Below, one piece after another: positions 23,401 through 35,946 of a DNA stretch of 40,636 bases. The notes under the pieces are model-generated. The model was given only the letters and a program-made list of their open reading frames with translations. It had not been told where the DNA came from and ran no database searches. Within the stretch, counting starts at the first letter, position 1; each line of letters starts with the position of its first letter. The position numbers were made by a program, and so were the translations under genes. This stretch comes from Octopus sinensis (Eukaryota), in assembly GCF_006345805.1 (NCBI RefSeq), contig NW_021835425.1:1-40636 (forward strand). Reading direction: 5' to 3'.

Positions 23401-23539
23401 GGCTTATACTTTTACACGTTTATAGCCCTGTATCTGGTCAGCTGAATTTAACGTCGTTTTTTTTTTCTCTGATGTGCCAAGTACACAAGTGTTGGCCATC
23501 ATTGACCTACGTACCAAAAACTTGAAGATTCGTGTTGTT

Positions 23540-24060
23540 TAACAGGAAAAACACTGCAGCGTTTTCACGTGGCCTCCTCTCAGTTTAACTGCAATGTACT
23601 TTGCGAGTCTCCTGCTTCCTCGAGCAAACGCTTGAGGCACAAGAACTATTTAACTGTTAGTCGGGGGAAACTCCGACCATGAGAGGAGGACATGTCCATG
23701 AAACTAGTGAGCCTAAGTGACACATGTTTAAGGGCCAGCAGCCCTCCTCTAATTTCTGTGTCTTAAGCCACAAAGCCATCTGCTCTTTGAACCATAATTG
23801 CGGCTCCTGAGTTACTACCATCCTGAGCCAAAGCAGATTTCGGGGGAATGGTGAGTTAGGGATAGCTCCATACTCTTTAAAATTTCTGAACGCCCTAGCT
23901 GGAGCCTTACAATCGGATACAGCTTAATGTCGATCAACCTGACATAAATAACAGCCAAAGTCTCTACCACATCACACCTTATTTTGTCGCAACAAATGCA
24001 GAAAGAACACATTGTGCAGTGTAACCCTAGATTTTGAAAACTAACGGAAAGCTCATGGCT
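23540..24060 (-). pseudogene. GC-richer island, possibly decayed non-LTR retrotransposon coding sequence
   Basis: Minus frames give RCDVVETLAVIYVRL, NLLWLRMVVTQEPQLWFK and IRGGLLALKHVSLRL, loosely like the L1/Tx1 ORF2 post-RT region. Frames are interrupted by stops and frameshifts. Confidence 0.25.
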
Positions 24061-24149
24061 GGAACGCCTCTCATCTTATGTATGCTGGATGATGGCTAGT
24101 TCGGTTCAAAGCTTAGAATTTAAACAACAACATCAAGTTAATTCTACCT

Positions 24150-24364
24150 GCCCCAGTATTGACTTCAAATTTTGGTACAACGCCAGCAAGCTCGGTGGAG
24201 GGGGACAGTCGATTACATAGACCCCAGTCCTCTAATGGTACTTATTTTACCGACACCGAAAGAATGAAAGGCAAAGTCGATACCGGCGGAATTTTAACTT
24301 ATACCAGACGAAATCTCGCTAAGCATTTTTCCAGGTATGCTAGCGATTCTGCCAGCTCACCGCC
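24150..24364 (-). mobile_element. Diverged tRNA-SINE (13216 family)
   Basis: GAATGAAAGGCAAAGTCGA...GATTCTGCCAGCTCACCGCC is the reverse complement of the family head and body. Confidence 0.8.
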
Positions 24365-25091
24365 TTGACTTGGCCCTGTATTAAATGCTTGTAATATTTG
24401 CTAACTTTGTTGGACAACTTAAAAAGATCTGTTACATCATGCTTGAATTCTAAGTTTAGAATTCCATAAGAAATTATCATTCTTAAGCCTTGAAATGCTT
24501 CGGCTACAGCTATAACTATAGAAACAGCTAAAGACGTAGAGGTTACTAAAAGAAATAAAAGAGGTGCGCTCTAACGGCAAACAGCGAAGAATTAAAAGCA
24601 GGTTAACTATAAAATCTGATGAAATGTTCGTGGTTATGTCAATCAATCAGTCTTTGTGTGATTCGGTAAGAATTAGGAGCTAGTGTTGAGTGTCCTGGTG
24701 GCAAAACGAATTTGGCTCATTGTTGCATTAGCAGAGAAGCGAAAATAATTTGGTGAGAGAGATTTGCAAGAAATCTAAGGAAATAATGTCATACATTATC
24801 ACATTCCTTTTGGAAGCCCAGCACAATCTTACTTAACGAAGCACAAAACGATTTTCCGGTGTATTTCTGCCTACATGGTCGAAATTATCTTTCTTGTGAA
24901 AAGAGATTCTTCATAATCAAACACCAGAACCTTACTTAGCCTTTTCACAAGCACTTCTATTATCGCTTTTTCGCTTCGGTGCTTGCTTGATGCTATGAAG
25001 TGGCTGATGCAGATGGCGTAATTTCTAACACACACACACACACACGTACACATAACACAGAAACATGCACTTGAACACACGTACAAACAAT

Positions 25092-25122
<31 letters not shown>

Positions 25123-25215
25123 GGTGCTGGTGCTGGTGCTGGTGCTGGTGGTGCTGGTGGTGGTGCTGGTGGTGGTGCTGGTGCTGGTGCAGGTGGTTCT
25201 GGTGGTGGTAGTAGC

Positions 25216-25249
<34 letters not shown>

Positions 25250-25338
25250 CTGGTGGTGCTGGTGGTGCTGGTGGTGCTGGTGGTGGTAGTAGTAGTAGCA
25301 GTAGTAGTAGTGGTGCTGGTGCTGGTGCTGGTAGTAGC

Positions 25339-25397
<59 letters not shown>

Positions 25398-25414
25398 CAG
25401 TAGTAGTAGTAGTA

Positions 25415-25457
<43 letters not shown>
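25092..25457. repeat. (GTA)/(GTG)/(GCTGGT) compound array
   Basis: Read directly from the sequence. Confidence 0.95.
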
Positions 25458-25961
25458 TGCTACACGAAGTTCTCTACTGCAAAAGAACGTGGGTTCAATT
25501 CTCAATCCGGTTTCGCTTTTCACTTAAAAAAAAAACAAATTCTCTGTAATATTCATTTATCAATCTATCATTTCCCGTTATTTGAATGTGGCCATGCTGT
25601 TGCACGAGCTTCAGGTATTCGTCGGTCACATCAGTATCATTCTGGTGTCGAATAATTACAATATGTGTTTCCTATACACATATACACTCAAATATGTATG
25701 TGGGGGTGGTTGTATGTGAGTGTATGTGTGTGCCCACGCGTCATCCCCAAGCTTTCATAACAAGAGACGGAATTTGAACTCAGTGCCGGAAAGGTCTCTG
25801 TACTGTTACTGTTACACACGGAATCTAGCCCGACTCGCTAACAATTCCTCCAACCCCTTATCACTTCACCCTTGAGCTGGTAACTTATTTCATTGCACCT
25901 AAAAGGGTTGAAGTTGGCCTCGATGGGATTTTAACTCAGAGCAGAGTTAAACTTAGAGAAC

Positions 25962-25963
<2 letters not shown>

Positions 25964-26006
<43 letters not shown>

Positions 26007-26082
26007 TGTGTGTGCGTGTGTGTGTATGTGTGTGTGTGTATGTGTGTGTATGCATGTGTGTGTATGTGTGTGTGTGTATGTG

Positions 26083-26131
<49 letters not shown>
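25964..26131. repeat. (TG)n/(TATG) microsatellite
   Basis: Read directly from the sequence. Confidence 0.95.
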
Positions 26132-26132
<1 letters not shown>

Positions 26133-26305
26133 AAGGAGTGTGGCTTAGTGGTCAGGCTATTTGGTTTACGATTGTATTTCAAAGGGCCAGCATTGTCACT
26201 CTCTGTGTCATGCTGAAACTCCCTGAGAACTACGTTAAGGGTCCACGTGTCTGTGGAGTGCTCAGCCATTTGCATGTTAATATCACGAGCAGGATGTTCT
26301 GTTCC
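26132..26305 (+). mobile_element. Internally deleted tRNA-SINE (A box joined directly to tail)
   Basis: GAAGGAGTGTGGCTTAGTGG is followed after ~20 nt by TGTATTTCAAAGGGCCAG...CACGAGC, which matches the reverse complement of 2390-2510. Confidence 0.75.
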
Positions 26306-26310
26306 TATCA

Positions 26311-26603
26311 GTCGAGTCCATCATGGGAATCTCCATACCACCCGCCCTTAACGAGATGGCGCAGTGTTCTTTTGTATGGGGACTCTGGCAAAACAGGTTT
26401 TGTGATGGCCGAGGTTGAAATGATTGAGAGCAGACACTTTCCTCTTGAGTCAGATCCACGTCGACATATTTTTCCAGTTCCTCTTGGAAAGGAAAGTGAT
26501 GGCGAAGAAGGCTGTGCTTTCCTGCAGTGAATTTCCCGAAAAGTGGGTGACTAGCGCAAAAATAACCAGAGTAATTGGAACTACTCTGAGCATGCGATTA
26601 TAG
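26311..26603 (+). pseudogene. Decayed C-terminus of L1/Tx1-clade LINE ORF2
   Basis: [13 protein letters not shown], frameshift, then [79 protein letters not shown]. This resembles recalled octopus Tx1-like ORF2 ends and needs a BLASTX check. Confidence 0.5.
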
Positions 26604-26869
26604 ATTGGAGGACACCAGTTGGGCGAGGGTTCAATACTCGGTGGCCTGACTGATTCTATTATACTTGAGGTTCTTAAATGACCCAAGCTGGAGGCTTTTC
26701 TCTGTCGAAAGGAGTGCATTGCCCATGAATTAATATACGTTGTTTTTCGGTACGGTACCCACATCAGTAATAGGCAGTAAATAGGATTAAATTGCCCCTT
26801 CCGTTCGTAGACTGGGGTAGCACTTTCGGGAAGTGCTAGCTACCTCTTAGCCCCCTTTACCAGAGATAG

Positions 26870-27570
26870 GGCGAAGACGTCAGCAGTCGGACCTTGGATA
26901 ACCGACCAGGTAGAGGAGACCTAGACCAACTGTTCGAAGATTATTGTGGCCAAGCAGAGGATCTGTGCCATCAAGAAACGGTTGCGCGTCAACAAGAAAG
27001 GCAGCGAGCTGGCAGAAACGTTAGCACGCCGGGCGAAATGCTTAGCGGGATTTCGTCTGCCGTTACATTCTGAGTTCAAATTCCGCCGAGGTTGACTTTG
27101 CATTTCGTTCTTTCGGGGTCGATTAAATAAGTACCAGCTACGCACTGGGGTCGATGTAATCGACTTAATCCGTTTATCTGTCCTTGTTTGTCCCCTCTGT
27201 GTCTAGCCAGTTGTGGGTAATAAAGAAATAGGCATTTCGTCTGCCGTTACATTCTGAGTTCAAATTCCGCCGAGGTCGACTTTGCCTTTCATCCTTTCGG
27301 GGTCAATATAAATAAGTACCAGTTACGTACTGGGGTCGATATAATTGACTTAACCCCTTTGTCTGTCCTTGTTTGTCCTCTCTATGTTTGGCCTCTTGTG
27401 GGCAATAAAGAAATAAGAAAGTGGACTTCTGCTGTGGAGCAGCCTCGTCGTCGACCATACTCGTTGCATTCTTGTATACCACTTGGTACTTGGTGTGGAT
27501 ACCCAGAGTGGCAGTCTGATGAGGGGATGATGCGAACTGCCTCACACTCTGTCCAAAGGCGTTTAGTTCA
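26870..27570 (+). pseudogene. Decayed RTE-like reverse transcriptase fragment split by a SINE
   Basis: With 27001-27421 removed, the frame reads RPGRGDLDQLF...VDHTRCILVYHLVLGVDTQSGSLMRG*...LSKGV. This echoes the RTE RT motifs FRPGRGTTDQIF, VDH..LW..L...G and KGVRQG. Confidence 0.4.
27001..27415 (+). mobile_element. tRNA-SINE head + two body units (dimer), TSD AAGAAAG
   Basis: The second unit starts at 27231 (GAAATA|GGCATTTC). AAGAAAG occurs at both 26994-27000 and 27415-27421. Confidence 0.9.
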
Positions 27571-28797
27571 GAAAAATCTGAACAGAGCAATCAACGTCGA
27601 CTAACCACGGACAGACGACAACAGCGCGAACGATAGCATAAGAACTTTTTTTAATCTCATCCCTCTCCGTCCGTTAACCCCCTTTTTTTTACGTAAAACT
27701 CTGCACATACTGTAAATTATCTTAGTATAAAATTCACCGTCAGACGCCCCTCAGGCAAAACAAAAGAAATCTTTATTGTTGTTGATGTTGTTCCCTCTCA
27801 CACACATTTTATATCATTTTCTCTTCCCCTGTTTCACTCTCACTCTCCTCTATCTCTCCCTCTCTCTCTCTCTCTCTCAATCTCTCTCTCTCTCTCTCTC
27901 CCTCCCTTTCTCTCTCTCTCTTGACCTTATATCCCGTTTAGTTAAGTTATTGTTCATGCTCTTGTGCTTATTCTATCACCGATAATCCCTGCAAAAAAAA
28001 AACGGATTAACAATTATAATACCCGTAACAACCCACCCACCATTCTCCTAAGAAGTTAAGGTCAAATTATGAAGGTCAGGGATAATTTCTCTCTCCCTCC
28101 CACTCTCCCTCTATTTCTCCCCCCTCTCTTCCTCATATTATGTACTGGGGACATAACTTGTCTGTCCGTCTGTCTGTGTGTCTATATCTCACACTCTCTC
28201 AATTTCATTGGTTTTCCTCCTCTCTCCTTCGTCGTCTTATCGCCTTTTGTTTCTACCTCACACTCTCTATCTCTCTCTCTCTCTCACTCCCCACCTTTTT
28301 CTCTTTCCCTTTCTCCCTCTCTCTGCTTCTCTCTCTCTCCTCTCTCTCTGCTTTCTCCCCTTTGTCACTTATACTTTGTATTCCCTCCTATATATATTTC
28401 CATCTCAGTGTCATAATCTCTCAGTCTCTCTTTCCCTTTCTCTCTATCTTTCTCTCCTTTTACATATGTCTGTATGTGCGCGCGCGTGTGTGTGTGTGTG
28501 TGCGCGCGTGTGTGAATCTATCCATATATATATTATATGCACTTTTATGTGTGCATATATATATATATATGTACCCTTGTGTGTATGTATATACATACAC
28601 ACACACGCATATATATATGTATATATATATATATATGTTAATAAAATAGAATATATGCATATATATAAACATATATGTACGTACCTACCTCTACATGTAC
28701 ATATACACGCATATATGAGTACAGGACACCAAAAGGACGTCGAACACATAGAGAGACGAAACACATGTAATATATGTATGTATGTATATATATATAT

Positions 28798-28843
<46 letters not shown>

Positions 28844-29207
28844 ATATGTATGTATGTATATATGTATATATATATGTATATATATATGTATGTATATATA
28901 TGTATACATATATATACATTATATATTATATATATATATATATATTATATATGTATGTATGTATGTACGTACGTACATACATATACAACTATATATCCGT
29001 GTGTCCATAACACCTACCTATTTATTTATTCATTCATTTATTCTCACGCTGCTGTCTATTAACAACTAATCGATATGTGTCTATGTGTGTCACTCTATTT
29101 GTTCTCACCAATAGATCAATCGCGCATAAACTCCACCTTCGCCAGTCGTAAACACTCACCTCTACTCGTTTTCACAACGATTAGATGTAAATCCTCTTTC
29201 TCCACCC

Positions 29208-29319
29208 ATCATCATCATCATGGGACTATGTTCTTGTTGTTGCTGTTGTGATGGTGATGATGATGATGATCATCATCATAACCATCATCAAAATCATCAT
29301 CATCAAAATCATCATCATC

Positions 29320-29379
<60 letters not shown>

Positions 29380-29509
29380 GACATCATCATCATCATCAAC
29401 ATCATCATCGTCATCATCATCATCATCATCATCGTCTTCATCATCATCGTCTTCATCATCATCGTCATCATCATCATCGACATCATCATCATCATCAACA
29501 TCATCATCG

Positions 29510-29547
<38 letters not shown>

Positions 29548-30020
29548 GTCTTCATCATCATCGTCATCATCATCATCATCATCATCATCAGCATCATCAT
29601 CAAAATCATCATCATCATCATCATCATGAGCTGCAGTAGCACTTACCAGCCCCCACGGTTTCTTCATCATCACGATCATCGTCGTCGTCATGGTCATTAT
29701 TAGCATCATCATCATCGTCGTTGTCGTCACCATCAACATCATTATCATCACCATCATCATCATCATCATTATCATCATCATCATCATCATTATCGTAACA
29801 TCATCGTCATCATCAACATCATTTTTCTCATCCCCATACAGACCGCGACCAACTCCACAGCCACCCCCACCCCACCCCGCCCCCGCGGTCAATACGACGA
29901 CCACCAACACCGTCACCACCACCACCACCACCACCTCGAACACCTCCGTCATCATCATGATCACCTTTATCGTCATCGTCGTTGTCATCACTACCAACAC
30001 CTCCATCACAACAGCAACTA
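29208..30020. repeat. (CAT)n-dominated compound trinucleotide array
   Basis: Read directly; contains an internal 99-nt duplication. Confidence 0.95.
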
Positions 30021-30039
30021 CAATGAGAAAACTAAATTA

Positions 30040-30145
30040 AGTATATATATACAAACATACACACACATACACGCACATACACACACACATATATACATAT
30101 ATATATGCATATATATGTGTGTATATATATATATATGTATATTTG

Positions 30146-30182
<37 letters not shown>

Positions 30183-30314
30183 TTATGTATATACATATAT
30201 ATATATATGTATATATGCATGTATGTATATATATATACATACATATATACATATACATATATATATGATATATAATTATAATATATATACTCATACATAT
30301 ATGTGTATATATAT

Positions 30315-30348
<34 letters not shown>

Positions 30349-30772
30349 CATATGTATGATATATATTATATATGTATATACATACACACACGCCCACATA
30401 TGATATTATATAATATACAATGGCAATCTATGGCTGTAATATGGATAACACATCAGACAACAGACAAGACATGCGCACTGAGTAGTTACGGTTTTAAGAG
30501 TATATTTTCTATTTATTTGCTTAGCTTTCATGTCTACATGCAAATGTTGTCGTTGCGGGAATTGAACATCCTGTGAAATGAGGGTTTAAGTAAAACTAGG
30601 TGTGGCCGCCATCTTTAAACAACGTTTATAACGAAGGTGATTTAACAAACAAATATTAGAAACTAGATAATCCTTATTAATCCCACTCCTTTCTATTTCA
30701 CTTGTTTTCTACATCGTTTATCGGTTATACGCATATGTACCGCCGCGTATGCATGTATAAATATTGCGTGTG

Positions 30773-30813
<41 letters not shown>

Positions 30814-31031
30814 TGTGTATGCATGTATGTACAGATGCCTATGTACATATATATGTTTGTGTGTATAAATCTATGTATGCATGCAGCTATGTATGTATGT
30901 ATGTATGCTTGCATCTATATATATTATATATGTATGCATATATGTATGTATGCACACGAGTATATATATGTATGTAACTGCACTTGTATATATATGTTAT
31001 GCATGTATGTATGTTAAGTTTTGTATGCATG

Positions 31032-31068
<37 letters not shown>

Positions 31069-31240
31069 ATGGATATATGTTTTTTATGTATGTACATATG
31101 TATATAAGTTATGTATGACCGCAGCCACGCGGCTGAAACGAGTACAGAATTAAAAGAGTATGTATGTATGCATGTATGTATGTATGTATGTATGTATATA
31201 TGCATGTATGTATGTATGTATGTATGTATGTATGCGTACA
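30040..31240. repeat. (TA)/(CA)/(TATG) microsatellite field with short unique gaps
   Basis: Read directly from the sequence. Confidence 0.85.
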
Positions 31241-31719
31241 CGTATTGTCGTATCTAATTAGTGTTGATGCTATTTAAATATTTCCTTGTTAATTTCTAGG
31301 AGTGCATGTGTGTTTATACGAGTCGTGGCGGGAAAGCGACGGGAATACGTGTGTAATGATATATAAGTATATATGTGTATGTGTCTGTCTGTCTGTCTGT
31401 CTGTATATACATGTGTGTGTGTCTGTGTGTGTATGCATGCATGTATACAGAAGGGGAGAAAGAGACAGAGAGAGAGAGAGAAACAGCGAGAGAGACAAAA
31501 AAAAGAAGAAAGAGAGAGAATGAGAAACATAGACCGGCTGTGACGAATTTAGACAAATTAATAGTTGTTAGTGTACACGCTATTATTAGGGTATAGTGCT
31601 TGTATGCACGTATGTGTATGTATAAATGTATGTACGTATGTCTGCACAGGCGTATTTGTACTTTAACGTTATATTTGTATCTATACTTACATATATATAT
31701 TTACATACACACACACACA

Positions 31720-31780
<61 letters not shown>

Positions 31781-31977
31781 TATATATACACACACAAGCT
31801 CGAAATAAAAGATATTTCGTGTCTTCTGTTCCGTACAATCGTTCAGGTGAGTAGAAAACTCCCGACGGAATACATCATTAACTTCGGACGCAGTAACGCA
31901 CCCTACAAGCATTAATTGCTTTTATTGTGTTTATACAGGAACTCGTTTATATGTATGTATGTAAGTACATACATATG

Positions 31978-32016
<39 letters not shown>

Positions 32017-32360
32017 GTATCTATATATATGCATATGCATTTACATATATATATATTATATATATAATATATGTATACATATATATTATATATATTATAT
32101 AAATATATATATTTATATATATATCTATATACTTACATACATACCTATGTATGTATGCATGTATGCATGTATGTATGCATGTATATATGTATGTACACTA
32201 ATACCTCAGGACACACTTTACGAGATACCGGGTCTACGAGCTTTTACGAGTTTTATTCTCTGTTCACAAGTTCTCGTTTTATGAGCGGTCTCCGGGAACG
32301 AATTAACTCGTATATCGCAACATTATTATATATATGTTTTTGTTTTCGTTTTTTGGTAGT

Positions 32361-33050
32361 AAAGTCTGTTATTCTTTCCTTGGCAACTTCAGAGTGATGA
32401 GGAGCAAACTGGTGAATAGACACTATTCTGCACCTGATAAAAAGCAAGCACTCTACTCTGAAGAAAACTGAAATGTCTAGAACTCTAATCAACCCGGAAC
32501 AACTGTAAAAAGAAGAATTTACTGAGAGTTGTATATTATTATCACCGTACCCTTCTTAGAAGCTTCATTGCTAAAATTCTGCTTCGGCAAATAGTCTACA
32601 AGAAGCAACCATTACAATTTAGTAGAGAAAGGATTATAATATGGTACAATCCACCATTGAATATAATTATTGAAACCAGATTCCCTTGACTGTTCCCATC
32701 ATTATTAGATAAACATTCTCGAATCATTCATCTTTGACATCCTTTTGTACCGGAGCAAACACAAAACCAGCTGTTTGATCACAGAGTACACAACGGAAGA
32801 CATATAGCCAGCGAATCCTTATCATCCCAATCTTCAAATCACCAACCAGCTTGTAATTGTAGAAACAACAAAAAATGTCTACTAAACGGCTCATACCTTG
32901 ACCGACGAAAAATACTTTATTATTCAATAAGTATTAATCACCTACCGTTGATCCCTTGAAATTCCCCCCAATGTCAACAGGAAACACTAATGCACATAAC
33001 CTGACGTCTACTAACCAAAAAGAACCATGAAGCATTTAATCATATCTACC
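32361..33050 (+). pseudogene. Decayed Penelope-like element (PLE) ORF: RT C-terminus, linker, start of GIY-YIG region
   Basis: SNQPGTTVKRRI (32484; cf. SNHPP.I.K), RIIIWYNPPL...LLDKH (32642; cf. IIWFNPP...LDKHF) and CNCRNNKKCLLNG (32852; cf. CNCR..CPL.GKCL) occur in the PLE order, with stops and a frameshift. Confidence 0.8.
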
Positions 33051-33379
33051 ATCTTGTTTTTTGGCAAATGTGTCTGACCAAGTTAACTAATGTTCACTTC
33101 ATATGTCAGTAGGTTGTAGTAGATAGAGAATTAGTTGTTATTTCTAGCAGATATAGAGATTCGATTGCTATTTACACCAGATGAAGAGATTTGATTCTTA
33201 TTTATAACAAATACAGGCTATCTCGTGTAGAAGTGCTCAACAGGTTATCGCTGTGGCTTAGACTCAGGTCACATTTTATGAAACCTGTCAATGATCAAAA
33301 GACAATCTAATCGTGACGATCCCACCTTTTCACGGATAAATTGTAAGAATATGCCTTTCATTTTCATTTATAACAGCGG

Positions 33380-33590
33380 GGAAATGCGTCGCGATGGCAA
33401 AATCGTTAGTTCGTCGGACAATGTTTAGTGTCATTTCTTCCGATTCTTTCCCTTTCTGACTTCAAATCCTCGCAAAGTTAACTTTGCCTTTTATGGCTTT
33501 ATGATTGGTGTATTAAAGTACCAGCCAAGTACTGGGGTCGATACAAGCGACTTGTCCCCTCCCCTCAAAATTAATGATCTTGGGACACCA
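33380..33590 (+). mobile_element. Old tRNA-SINE (13216 family)
   Basis: TGGCAAAATCGTTAG...CTGACTTCAAATCC...ACTTTGCCTTT...AGTACCAG...CTGGGGTCGAT. Confidence 0.7.
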
Positions 33591-33949
33591 TATTTACAGT
33601 GTTTATTTAACGTGTATTTGGACTTTTAAAACCCTCCCTGTACTGTTAACAACCCACCCATTTACAGTAGTCAATTAATAACAAGGACAACTGTTAAGCA
33701 ATAACACTTTAGATTTTAAAAAATAGAGATTGTAACTGTTACACAGGCCAGATTACAAAATAGAGAGCTGTGATTTGTCGTCTCTCTCTCCATTGCACCA
33801 ATCACAGCCCGTCTTAAGTTCAAATACCCCTGTATATGCTTTTTTGCTATTTTACGCTTGTTTTGTTGTTCCTAGACTAGGAAATAATATTTATTATTAA
33901 TATTTTAATGGATTTAATGAAAAATTTTAGGCATTCATATATATATATT

Positions 33950-34013
33950 TTAAAAATCCGCGAAGTCGTGAATCCACGATAGTTGAACGGCGAAGTAGCG
34001 AGGGAACACTGTA
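33950..34013 (+). mobile_element. pogo/Tigger-like DNA transposon terminus
   Basis: GCGAAGTAGCGAGGGAACACTG|TA is the reverse complement of TA|CAGTGTTCCCTCGC, a pogo-type TIR with TA target. Subterminal CGCGAAG-type repeats are present. The partner TIR was not found. Confidence 0.6.
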
Positions 34014-34522
34014 ATAAGAGAGAGATGCGGCTGCTATTTCTAGCAGCCAGAGAGCAAAAATAAAGTCACCCTCCTACATTGACAAAGTTTCCATAAATTA
34101 CAGCAATCCGTTGAGTCTCATTAATTGAAAGATGTAAACACGTTCACTTGCGAAAGTCAACGCTTCTTAGCATCGGAATTACTCACTTAACGGCCTCCGT
34201 CTTTGCAATCACGGATGTACGTGTGTATGTGTACGCGTGTGTGCTTGTGTATGCATGTATACTTGTGTGTGTGTGTGCGTGTGTGCGTGTGTGTGTGTGT
34301 GTGTGTGCGTAACAGCATCTATCCGTCATAAAATTTGACATCAGTGTGTCAAATTGGAAGTAATTACCGACACCTTCATTTAATTATTTTACACAACTAA
34401 ACATCATCTATGACAGCGTCTTAGCAACCCACACACACACACACACTACATGCATATATATATGTATTTGTGTGTATGTATAATATATATGTGTATATAT
34501 CTAATTTTACAAACATACATAC

Positions 34523-34554
<32 letters not shown>

Positions 34555-35946
34555 GCACGTATGTATATACGTATATATCCATAAATATATACATACATAT
34601 GTGCACTTATATATATAGGTGTACAAACATATACTTATATATACGTATATGTGTGTATGTATGTATATATCTATATATATATATGCATATATATATATAT
34701 ATAAATATATAAATACATACATCTAATACATATATATATATGTTCGCATGCGCTTGTGTATGTGTGCATGTGTGCATGTTTGCATGTATGTATGTATGTA
34801 TGTATGTATGTATGTATGTATGTATGTATGTATGTATGTATGTGTATGTATATAGGTAAAGGTTATTTACGCTGATCATCCAACAACGTACTGTCACAAA
34901 GCTAGAGAAGGAAAGAGAAGTAAAAAGTGACAGACTGGAGGCAGGATGGAGATCGAAAGAACAGCTTTAATAAATAATTACATGTTCGTCTGCTTAATTA
35001 TATATTCGTACACATCCACACAGACACAAAGATATTTAGAAGGCCTCCTCATGTATATTTACACACACGCGCGTACGAGTGTGTGTGTGTGTGTGTGTGT
35101 TTGTATTTGTGTAGTGTGTGTGTAAATTAACTGTGATTGACTTAATTCGCAATTATTCAGAGTTTGGGGATCACGATTGCTTAATCGTTGAAATATCAAT
35201 TGCGAGCTTCGTCTTTGTCACATTCTATTGCTCGATGGTAGCGTAGGTTTTTTTTCTACAATGTGCGCTGGCCATGTGATTCAAATGAGGTAAGTTTGAA
35301 GTATAAATCGCCGCCCTTCATTGTTAGATTGTGACTCTATACAGTTGTAAGAAAAGTATATCATCTGAGAATAATTTTCATTAGTGCACGAAATAACTCA
35401 TTGCTTCTGCTCTGCATTATTTGCAACAAACACATGCAAAAGAAGGTCAGTGGTGGCAACTGGAGATAGCCTCAGCATGTTTCCAAAGGACCCCTGATGT
35501 TATTTAAAGAGAAAGACAGAGCCGGCAGCTACATAATCCAATAGGTGCGGAGGAGCAGTATTAGCAAAATTGTGTTGTCTTGGCAAAAATAGCTAATTTT
35601 AACATTAAACTCATTAAAAAGTTTATAGTATTTATATCGTCAGAAAATAGACCGTTCTAGAGATGGCAATTTCCGGTCTATATTTGTAGCGATGTGTACG
35701 TTATGATATGGATTAAACGAGATAATTTCTCCTTTCATGCTCCAAGTGTGAGTAAGGTTGGGAGAGCCTTTTTATAGGTAAACTTCACACTGAAGTTATT
35801 ATTGGCCAGAAACGCATTTGTTTGAGTGTATGTATGTACACGTGTGATACAGAGTTCGAAAATATGTTTAAATTGAAAATAGATATACAGTAGTGGAGCC
35901 TCCAACGGTTATTGGAGTGTTTGTGGCACCAACGAGATAAACTTAC

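Noticed and set aside
25964-26530. 188-aa ORF
   Set aside because: It is made of (TG)n, a SINE and an off-frame reading of a LINE remnant.
27510-27541. CTGATGA inside a GGCAGT/ACTGCC stem (hammerhead or C/D snoRNA)
   Set aside because: There is no GAAA or three-way junction, no terminal stem with a suitable D box, and it lies in a probable RT remnant.
29218-30009. 263-aa poly-Asp ORF resembling molluscan acidic shell proteins
   Set aside because: It lies entirely in a (CAT)n array that is open in several frames on both strands. It switches between M-rich and D-rich registers, and there is no signal peptide or splice support.
31799-31852. Exon ending at the consensus donor CAG|GTGAGT
   Set aside because: There is no convincing acceptor, and a lone donor match is expected by chance in 40 kb.
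35161-35289. 129-nt exon ending in GAG|GTAAGT
   Set aside because: Stops occur in all three frames.
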